DNA of 64,000 nt from Candidatus Eiseniibacteriota bacterium (lineage in GTDB: Bacteria; Eisenbacteria; RBG-16-71-46; CAZAMP01): positions 6,240,001 through 6,304,000 of the forward strand of contig OZ245046.1 of the NCBI GenBank assembly GCA_965224245.1, read 5' to 3'. Below, in pieces: positions 56,380 to 64,000 of this stretch; the first letter of the stretch is position 1; each line of letters opens with the position of its first letter. The position numbers were made by a program, and so were the translations under genes. The notes beneath the pieces are model-generated. The model was not told the origin of the DNA. It saw nothing but the letters and a program-made list of their open reading frames with translations, and searched no databases.

Positions 56380-56541
56380 GGCAGCGCCCTCAGCAACTTC
56401 GAGGCGGCGATCGCCTCGTGCCGCAACGTGCTGAGCCCTGCCGTGTTCTCGACAGAGTGGGAGCGCGGCCGCTCGATGTCGGTCGATGAGGCGGTCGCGC
56501 TCGCGCTGCAGCCCGATGAAGGATCGGCAGAGCCACCTTGA
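56380..56541 (+). pseudogene. C-terminal fragment of an ATPase-TPR (STAND/LuxR-type regulator or kinase) protein
   Basis: Manual translation FEAAIASCRNVLSPAVFSTEWERGRSMSVDEAVALAL...*, typical of the F...W..GR.(M/L)S.DEA.A.AL tail; no start. Confidence 0.6.
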
Positions 56542-56796
56542 GCCCGTAGGGCCAAGACCCGGCCGGGCCACAACCCGTCTCCTTGCTCGAGGTTCGGTGG
56601 TCGCCGACGATCGATCTCTCCCTTCGTTGAGAAGGAGCGGGCGCTCCACGACATGCCATTTCAGTGGCATCACACCATCGATTTGGCGTATCCTGAATGT
56701 CTGGTCGTTTGATCATTACGCGCACGAGTCGCTCCGTCCTACAGGAGGAGAAGACAGCCCCACGATCGACGCTCCTCGCGACGGGAGGGTCAGAAC

Positions 56797-59700
56797 ATGT
56801 GTCGCGTTTCGCCAGCACAGTGGGCCGCACTCGGCTTCACGACGTTTGCCGCGATCTCCGCGGTGGCCGCGCCCTCTGGTACGAAGGGTCCGTCAAACGC
56901 CCTCGCCGCGCTGTACCAGCCCCGCCTCACCGAGAACCGTGGCCAGATCGCACGCCGGGATGTCCTGTTCACGTGTCGATGGTCGAACATGGCCATCGCA
57001 TTCGAACCCGGTGGTATGACCATTCGCATGCGTGGCCGCCCGGACGGCGAGGAACGGGCTGTCGGCCGGGGGCAGGACGTGCACGTTCGATTCGACGGCG
57101 CGAGGTCGGCGGTTCCCATTGGCCGCGGAGAGCGCCCAGGCCGCGCACACTATTTCCATGGTAGCCGCGGTTTGTGGACGAACGTGCGGAGTTTCGACGA
57201 GCTGATTTACGAGGATCTCTACCAGGGGATCGATCTCGTCTGCCGGCCGTCAGCGAACGGCGTGAAGTACGCATTCCACCTCGATCCGGGCGCGGATCCG
57301 ACGCGCATCGAGATTCGCTACGACGGCATCATCGGATTGCGGCTCGACGACGACGAGCTGGTCCTGCAAACTCCCCTCGGAACGATTCGAGATGCCGCTC
57401 CGGTGGCGTTCCAGACAGGCGATACCCTCTCCTGTCGCTATGTTCTGCTCGACTCGAACACCTGCGGGTTCATACTGGATGCGTGGGATCGAACGCAGCC
57501 TCTGGTAATCGACCCACTGCTGCATGCCACGTACCTCGGGGGTGGCAACAGCGACGTCGCGAACGCCGTCGCGGTCGACGATGAGGGTTTCGCGTACGTC
57601 GTCGGCACGACCGGATCCGTGGACTTTCCGGCCACGCCTGGTGCGTTCGACGAGACGATCGACTCCGGCGATGCCTTCGTCGCCAAGCTGACGCCCGAGC
57701 TCGACGACGTCGTCTACGTCACGTACCTCGGCGGTACGGCAGACGAGCAAGGCGTGGGTGTGGACGTGGACGATGTCGGCCACGCCTACGTTGCAGGGCG
57801 TACGTACGGGACCGACTTTCCGACCACCATGGGCGCCTATCAGACCAGCGGTCCGCAGTTCGGCTTCGTCACGAAGCTCTCACCGGATGGCTCGAGCCTG
57901 AGCTACTCCACGCTCTTCGGCACGACCGGTGGGGGGGAGATCACCGACCTGACCGTCGTCGACGGCCGCGCATGCATCACCGGTCACGCGTTCTCAGGGG
58001 TCCCCCTCGTGCCGGTCGGTCGCGATGAGGGAGTCCACGCCGGGGGCGAGGACGCCTTCGTGGCGGAGCTCGAAGCCGACGGCTCGGCAGTTCGGTTCTC
58101 CCGCTATCTCGGTGGCACCGATCGCGACGAGGCGTTCGCGATCACGGCGGACGACGGGGGTAACTACCACGTTGCCGCTGCAACACAATCGGATGACTTC
58201 CCGGCGACGGAGGCTCACATATCGGGCTTCCAGGAGCGGTTCGAGAGCGGCTACGAACTCGGGGAAGGCTGGGCGCACGACTACTCGACCAATGGAGAGG
58301 ATCAGGGATGGGCATGCGGAGGCGCGATCAGCTGGGGCGCGGGAGTCACGGCAGAGTCCCCTCTGGAAGGGGCTTTCAGTCTGGAGATCGGTGCGTCTGC
58401 GGCTGAACCTTGCGAACTCGAGGCAGTCGGATCGGTGAATCGCACGATCGTCGGCTCGACCGATCTCTCGCTTCGGATCGAGCTTCTCAGCCTTCCCTGC
58501 AGCGAGGGTGACGGGGCCTGCTACGTCGAAATCGCATTGCTCGATCCGGCCAACCCGACGCACCGCGTCGCGCGCGGCTTCGCCCACGAATGTGATGGGG
58601 GAGCGGTGCCGGTGCCGAACGTAACGTACGTTGGTCCGGGCGATCCCACGATGTACGACGTACACATACCATATGCCGAGGAGTTCGAGGCTCAGTGGGG
58701 CGCGGCTCCCGATGAGGTCATCTTTCGCATTCGCACCGTTGCGAGCTGGTTGGAGTACCCGTGGCCGATGCTCGTCCATGTTCGCGTTGACGAGATCGAC
58801 GCGCATAGGACGCTCGCCGGCTACCGCGGCGCGCGCCAGGCGATCTACGCGGAGCTGTCCGGGACGGCTCCACCCGGTGGCGAGATCGGTGATCTAGTCG
58901 GAGCGGTAGCGATTCCGTCCGAGGGCGGGTCTGAAGCACACGACGTCGCCGTCGATCCGGTGCGCGGCGCGTTCGTCGCCGGTAACTGTGGCGGTCGCAT
59001 CATCACCACCGACGGCGCCTACTCCTCGGTTCATTCCGGTAACGAGGACGGCTTCGTCACCGGTCTCGTCTCGGCGACCGGAGAGGTTCTGTACTCATCG
59101 TTGCTCGGCGGCGAGATGAAAGATCGGATCGAGGCGTTGACGTTCGACGCGGACGGGGTTCTCGTGCTCGCCGGTCAATCACGCTCCTACGTTCCCTTCG
59201 GATCGGCCGGCACGTTCGATGCCTTCGTCGTGAGAATGGATCCGGCGGGGAACGGCGCGACCGATCTTCTCTCGATCGATACGCTATCCGGGTCCAGTGA
59301 CGACGGAGTCACCGATCTCGCCACGTACACCGACGCAGAGCTGGGAGAGCTGATCTACGGGTGCGGGGCCACGATGTCGTCCGATCTCACCCTTCCTCCG
59401 GGTGGATTCGATGAGACCCCGAACGGATACGACGATGCGTTCGTGGGGATCTTCTCGTCCTGCACCGCGGGTAGCGATACGACGCCCCCGGTGTTCGAGG
59501 CGCCGCCCGACGAGACCCTCTCGGCGAGCGCGACCTGCCTGACCCAGTATACGAACGATGGGTCCGAGCTCCCGGCGCTCGATGACTGCACGCTTCGAGC
59601 GGACATCGTGATCGCGCGATCACCCGACGTCGATCACCTGTTCCCGCTCGGAAGCCATACCCTCACATGGACGGCAACCGATCTGGCCGGCAACTCGACG

Positions 59701-62700
59701 GTGGACACGCAGCAGCTCACGATCGTGGACGACTCGAAGCCCACGCTGTCTTGCCCCGCGGCCATCTACGTCGACGTCGGCGACGTGGTGGCATCACCTG
59801 GTATCGCGACGGCAACCGACAACTGCGACGGATCGGGAAGCTCGGACGATCCCGGGTCACCGATCGCGTTCTCGAACGACTTCCCGCCCGGTGGCATCTC
59901 CGATGCCGGGCTTCACATCATCACCTGGCAGGCGACCGACACCGCCGGCAACACGGCGACGTGCCAGCAGCAGATCGGCGTACGGGCACCACCACAGCTG
60001 ATGATCGTGGCCAACCCGGACGAGCGGTGGAACGATCCATACGAGATCGCGCTGATGATCACCAATCCTTCGACGAACTGGTTTGCGCTCACGGGCGCGA
60101 CGTTCACGATCACCGAGAACGGCGTTCCCGCCTCCGTCGATCCGCTTACGTTTTCCATCCCTGGCGGCGTGGCGGCCGGGCCTTTTTCGATGCGGTCGTA
60201 CAACAAGACCTGGGACTGGCATGGAAACTGCGTCTTGTCCTACGACGACGCCGATCTCACCGACAGGTTCACCTACCAGGTCTCCGGTGACGTGTCCTCC
60301 GGCTCCTACACGTTCCAGGACGTGTCCTCGGACGCGTATCCCGTTGACGTCACCGTCGACGACGAGAACAAGAACTACCACGCGATGGCAAGCGGTGCGT
60401 TCTGGATCGGGATCGGATTCAGCGCGGACGCGGTCGACTGGTTTTTTTGCAGCTACTGCGTCGGGTTCTGCGCTCCCTGCTATGCGGTTGGAGGCACCTT
60501 CCTCGCGATTCAGGCCGTGCGCCTCGGCCTCTGGGGTTACTACTGCGACAAGGCATCCGATCCTCCCGACGGTGCGGGTCGGATCGCCGGCGGATGGCTG
60601 CACCGATCGGATCCCGACTATACCGAACTGGTCGAGCTCGACTACCCGGACGTCGACATCCCCGAGTGGCACGACGATCTCTCCCGGGAGGGCGTCGAGC
60701 TCGTCCAGCACGAGCTCGACGTATACGCCGGAATGGAGGCGTACACGGGAACCCACGCGAAGCTCCTCGGCGCGATCGACGCGTCGGAGGCGGGGGATCC
60801 CGAAGCCGATGCGTACATCCTGATCCAGGGCGAGCGACTTCTGGCCTACGGCGACTTCGTCTCCGAGCACCTCGGCGTCCTCGGTGCCGACCGCGTGAGC
60901 CTCCAGGACGAGATGGACCTTGCCGGCGTCGAGTTCACGCTGGAGGAGGTGACCGACTTCCAGGCGGACGTCGCCGCCAACGGACTTCCCGAGGAAGAGC
61001 TGGCCGTGTTTGTGGCGCTGGGCTGGACCGCTGACGACATCGCGGATCTCGAAGCCCAGATCGTCGCGCTGGATCCACAGGGAGTGGTTGACGCTGCCCT
61101 CGTCGACCCGGATCTCGATGCCGCCGAGCAAGCGGTCGGTGATCAGCACGAGACCACGGCCGCCGAGACGATCCCGGATGCGGTCTTCGTCGTTTCCATC
61201 ACGAACCCGATCACCGACATCGAGCTCGCGCCCGGTCACGAGGTCTCGGTCAGCGCGGTGATGGTCGACAGCCTGGCGCCTCCCATCGTCGAGACACGCG
61301 TCTTTCTCGACGACGTGCTCGTCGCAACGGTGGTCCCGTTCGACTGGACGCCACTCCTCGCGGATGTCGGGGTACACGAGATCCGCGTCGAGGGGGAGGA
61401 CGCCGGGGGCAACATCGCGTTCGATACCGTCGGTATCACCGTCACGACGCACCCGCCCGTCGTGTTTGCCGGGCCGGACGAGTTCATTCCTCCGGGAACG
61501 ACGTTCGAACTCGATGCGGCGTTCAGCGACTCGGACTACCTGGAGACGCATACGGTCGAGATCGATTGGGGCGACGGCACGATCGAGACGCCACCGGTAT
61601 CCGAGGAGCACGATCCACCGATCGGGTCGGGATCGATCGTGGCCGGCCATGATTACCCGGGTGCGGCGGGAACCACGTACACCGTGACGGTCACGGTGAC
61701 CGACTCGGGCGGACTCCTGGGTGTCGACACGGCCGACGTGACGCTCGACGTCGACACCGACGCCGACGGCCTTCTCGACATGGTGGACAACTGTCCCGAG
61801 GATCCGAATCCGCTCCAAGAGGACTCGGACCGGATGGATGCGTTCGAGGACGACTTCGAGAGCGCGGACCTCGCCGGTTGGACCTTCGACCACGCGACCG
61901 ACGGGCAGCAGAGTGGGTCGTCCTGCGCGGGTTCCTGGATCGCCGAGGCAATCACGGACGTGCCGCTTCAGGGAACCGCGAGCGCGAGGCTCTCCGCCGA
62001 GGTCGTGACCGACTGCGGCGAGACCGTCCAGGCGGCCATCGACGCTCGCATCGACGGTGCAACGCGGTTGGCGTTCCATCTCGCGGTGGATCGCCTCGAT
62101 CCGAACACGTACCTGGAGGTCACGGCCACGAACGTCGCGACTCCGAGCGAGGAGGTCGTACACGTCTTCGCGACGTCGGATCTCGGGCTGGGCGATGTGA
62201 ACGTCGTCGTCATGGAGGGCGACGAGCTCGACTACGTCGCGGAGATCGGCGACGTGTTCGCCGCGAAGTACGGAGCGGTTCCCGATCTCGTCTCGGTCCG
62301 ATTCGTGGCGGCTGCGCTACCTCCCGGCTCGGCGCGCGCCGGCACGGGTCGCCTCTTGCCGGAGACGATCGACGTTCGCGTCGACGAGGTGTTTGCGCGG
62401 CGTCTGACGCTGGTCGACCGCTTCGAGGCCGGAGACTTCGACCCCGAGTGGGGCTTCGGCTACTCGACAAATGGCGCGCAGTCGGGCACGCACACCATCG
62501 GTTCGTGGAGCTCCACGGTCGAGCCCGGGGGAATCGAGGGCGCTTACAGCGCTCGTGTCTTCGCGCAGTCTACCCATAGCGCGTCGCCATGGTACCTGAC
62601 GGCTGCCATCGATCGCGTGGTCGACGGCATGAGCGCGCTCGACGTCCGGCTGCGATTCGACGACATCCAGGGCAGCGGCGGCACGGGTCGGTCGCATTTC

Positions 62701-63417
62701 GAGATTGTTCTGATGGACGACGGCGTGCCTACGAAGAGCATCCGTCACGTGTTCTCGACGACGGCCGACTTCGGCGGCGACGTTCAGGTCCCGGTAGCCG
62801 CGGGCCAGGAGTTCGACTACGCGATCGACGTCGCCGGAGAGTTCGCCGAGAAGTACGGGACGGCACCATTCATCGTGCGGCTTCTGTTCCGGAGCGAGGC
62901 GGACTACGCGGAGGACGGAGATGGGACTCGTACCGCCGACGTGTGGCTCGATGTGGTCGAGACGGTCGAGACGTCCCCGAACGCGGACGGCGTCGGCGAC
63001 GCATGCGACAACTGTGTCGCGCGCTTCAATCCCGATCAGTTGGACTGCGATGGAGATGGCGTGGGCAACGCCTGCGATCGGGATGCGTGTGTGACCATGT
63101 CGGCGTCCTCACCCGTCGGGCAAGCGCCGGACGTGCCGAAGGCGTTTGCGCTCCACGGGAACCGACCCAATCCGTTCAATCCACGCACCCGGATCGCGTT
63201 CGACGTTCCGGTGACGGCACGAGCGCGACTGACGATCTACGACGTGTCGGGCCGGCGCGTCACCGACGTGTTCGACGACGTCGCGGCCCCGGGCACATAT
63301 GACGTGACGTGGAACGGCCGGGAGTTCGATGGCACGCGCGCCGCGTCCGGGGTCTACTTCTATCGGCTCAGCGCCCCGCACTTCACGGCAACGCGCCGGA
63401 TGGTGCTGTTGAAGTGA
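56797..63417 (+). CDS. 2206-aa secreted mosaic: SBBP propeller, HYR domains, helical domain, Ig/PKD, TSP3 repeats, three copies of an unrecognised domain, FlgD/T9SS-like CTD
   Basis: GGGAGG RBS; ENRGQ...LYQGIDL; DFP.T.GAF repeats; W.ATD.AGN HYR; IDWGDG...H.Y PKD; DNCP..PNP.Q.D.D / DGVGDACD; PNPFNP...YDVSGR...SGVYFYRL. Confidence 0.88.
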   Translation: MCRVSPAQWAALGFTTFAAISAVAAPSGTKGPSNALAALYQPRLTENRGQIARRDVLFTCRWSNMAIAFEPGGMTIRMRGRPDGEERAVGRGQDVHVRFDGARSAVPIGRGERPGRAHYFHGSRGLWTNVRSFDELIYEDLYQGIDLVCRPSANGVKYAFHLDPGADPTRIEIRYDGIIGLRLDDDELVLQTPLGTIRDAAPVAFQTGDTLSCRYVLLDSNTCGFILDAWDRTQPLVIDPLLHATYLGGGNSDVANAVAVDDEGFAYVVGTTGSVDFPATPGAFDETIDSGDAFVAKLTPELDDVVYVTYLGGTADEQGVGVDVDDVGHAYVAGRTYGTDFPTTMGAYQTSGPQFGFVTKLSPDGSSLSYSTLFGTTGGGEITDLTVVDGRACITGHAFSGVPLVPVGRDEGVHAGGEDAFVAELEADGSAVRFSRYLGGTDRDEAFAITADDGGNYHVAAATQSDDFPATEAHISGFQERFESGYELGEGWAHDYSTNGEDQGWACGGAISWGAGVTAESPLEGAFSLEIGASAAEPCELEAVGSVNRTIVGSTDLSLRIELLSLPCSEGDGACYVEIALLDPANPTHRVARGFAHECDGGAVPVPNVTYVGPGDPTMYDVHIPYAEEFEAQWGAAPDEVIFRIRTVASWLEYPWPMLVHVRVDEIDAHRTLAGYRGARQAIYAELSGTAPPGGEIGDLVGAVAIPSEGGSEAHDVAVDPVRGAFVAGNCGGRIITTDGAYSSVHSGNEDGFVTGLVSATGEVLYSSLLGGEMKDRIEALTFDADGVLVLAGQSRSYVPFGSAGTFDAFVVRMDPAGNGATDLLSIDTLSGSSDDGVTDLATYTDAELGELIYGCGATMSSDLTLPPGGFDETPNGYDDAFVGIFSSCTAGSDTTPPVFEAPPDETLSASATCLTQYTNDGSELPALDDCTLRADIVIARSPDVDHLFPLGSHTLTWTATDLAGNSTVDTQQLTIVDDSKPTLSCPAAIYVDVGDVVASPGIATATDNCDGSGSSDDPGSPIAFSNDFPPGGISDAGLHIITWQATDTAGNTATCQQQIGVRAPPQLMIVANPDERWNDPYEIALMITNPSTNWFALTGATFTITENGVPASVDPLTFSIPGGVAAGPFSMRSYNKTWDWHGNCVLSYDDADLTDRFTYQVSGDVSSGSYTFQDVSSDAYPVDVTVDDENKNYHAMASGAFWIGIGFSADAVDWFFCSYCVGFCAPCYAVGGTFLAIQAVRLGLWGYYCDKASDPPDGAGRIAGGWLHRSDPDYTELVELDYPDVDIPEWHDDLSREGVELVQHELDVYAGMEAYTGTHAKLLGAIDASEAGDPEADAYILIQGERLLAYGDFVSEHLGVLGADRVSLQDEMDLAGVEFTLEEVTDFQADVAANGLPEEELAVFVALGWTADDIADLEAQIVALDPQGVVDAALVDPDLDAAEQAVGDQHETTAAETIPDAVFVVSITNPITDIELAPGHEVSVSAVMVDSLAPPIVETRVFLDDVLVATVVPFDWTPLLADVGVHEIRVEGEDAGGNIAFDTVGITVTTHPPVVFAGPDEFIPPGTTFELDAAFSDSDYLETHTVEIDWGDGTIETPPVSEEHDPPIGSGSIVAGHDYPGAAGTTYTVTVTVTDSGGLLGVDTADVTLDVDTDADGLLDMVDNCPEDPNPLQEDSDRMDAFEDDFESADLAGWTFDHATDGQQSGSSCAGSWIAEAITDVPLQGTASARLSAEVVTDCGETVQAAIDARIDGATRLAFHLAVDRLDPNTYLEVTATNVATPSEEVVHVFATSDLGLGDVNVVVMEGDELDYVAEIGDVFAAKYGAVPDLVSVRFVAAALPPGSARAGTGRLLPETIDVRVDEVFARRLTLVDRFEAGDFDPEWGFGYSTNGAQSGTHTIGSWSSTVEPGGIEGAYSARVFAQSTHSASPWYLTAAIDRVVDGMSALDVRLRFDDIQGSGGTGRSHFEIVLMDDGVPTKSIRHVFSTTADFGGDVQVPVAAGQEFDYAIDVAGEFAEKYGTAPFIVRLLFRSEADYAEDGDGTRTADVWLDVVETVETSPNADGVGDACDNCVARFNPDQLDCDGDGVGNACDRDACVTMSASSPVGQAPDVPKAFALHGNRPNPFNPRTRIAFDVPVTARARLTIYDVSGRRVTDVFDDVAAPGTYDVTWNGREFDGTRAASGVYFYRLSAPHFTATRRMVLLK

Positions 63418-63756
63418 CGTCGAACGGCCATCGGTATCCTCGGTCGCTGACGCCGGACGGCGAGGGTGACGGGTCAGGGATGGACCCTCGTAGGTCGTGT
63501 CGGAAACGATGATATGGCTGTAGGTTACAGCCTGTCGTGGACACTGCGAGAGGAGCCGCTCTTCGGGCCGGCCGCGATCTGGTACCCACATGCCAGCCCT
63601 CCACACATGGCGACGCGAATGGTGCACATGCATCATGGCGCGAAGTCTCTCCACCCTCTCAACATGTCACCTCAGAGAGCGGATCGCGGGTCGCGAGCGT
63701 ACCGGTAGGACGGCCTGCGGCCCCGCGAGACTGAGGCAACTCGGAGGAGGGCGGCC

Positions 63757-64000
63757 ATGAACAGAGCACGCCTGGTCAGACTGATGCTTCCGGTGAGCAT
63801 CGTCGCCTCGAGCATCATGGCCTGTGGGGATGCTCCCACGCGTCCGCTCGGCAACGCCATGACATCGGAGCGACGGATGACCGATGGGGACGTGGTCGAG
63901 TCCGTCTGTGGAAACGCACATCTCGCTGGCGGGGAGATCGAGAGAACGGCGACGTTCGAGATTCGCAAGTACGCCGACGGACGCGTCGCCGGCTGGTATC
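63757..64000 (+). CDS. Putative lipoprotein, runs off window
   Basis: GGAGGAGG RBS; MNRARLVRLMLPVSIVASSIMAC lipobox-like; open to the window end. Confidence 0.7.
   Translation, partial: MNRARLVRLMLPVSIVASSIMACGDAPTRPLGNAMTSERRMTDGDVVESVCGNAHLAGGEIERTATFEIRKYADGRVAGWY

Noticed and set aside
1784-63756. Classical integron with attC sites
   Set aside because: No tyrosine integrase and no convincing RYYYAAC...GTTRRRY hairpins were seen; the intergenic motifs match transposase ends instead.

Overview
GC-rich bacterial window. The protein styles suggest an FCB-related candidate lineage such as Latescibacterota, Krumholzibacteriota or Eisenbacteria (inference only). It is dominated by genes for secreted proteins. 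Eleven intact genes and three broken relics end in an FlgD-Ig/T9SS-like C-terminal domain (CTD); their cargoes include BNR, PD40, FG-GAP, SBBP and LVIVD propellers, an S11 carboxypeptidase, PhoX, a C25 gingipain-like protein and a 2206-aa mosaic. Five other exported proteins instead carry a short C-terminal [S/T]W..[I/L]K..[Y/F] motif. Many intergenic spaces hold decayed ends of one integrase-core (rve) transposase family, often abutting truncated genes. Regulatory and metabolic islands are an ECF sigma + Ser/Thr kinase pair, two c-type cytochromes, NmrA, and an OleA/FabH-like gene trio. The most notable island is a tightly linked three-gene cyclic-nucleotide module: FAD oxidoreductase-cNMP-binding fusion, FHA-class III cyclase with non-canonical residues, and an MBL-fold phosphodiesterase. 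No rRNA, tRNA or CRISPR array was seen. All calls are by-eye motif recognition; no database searches were run.
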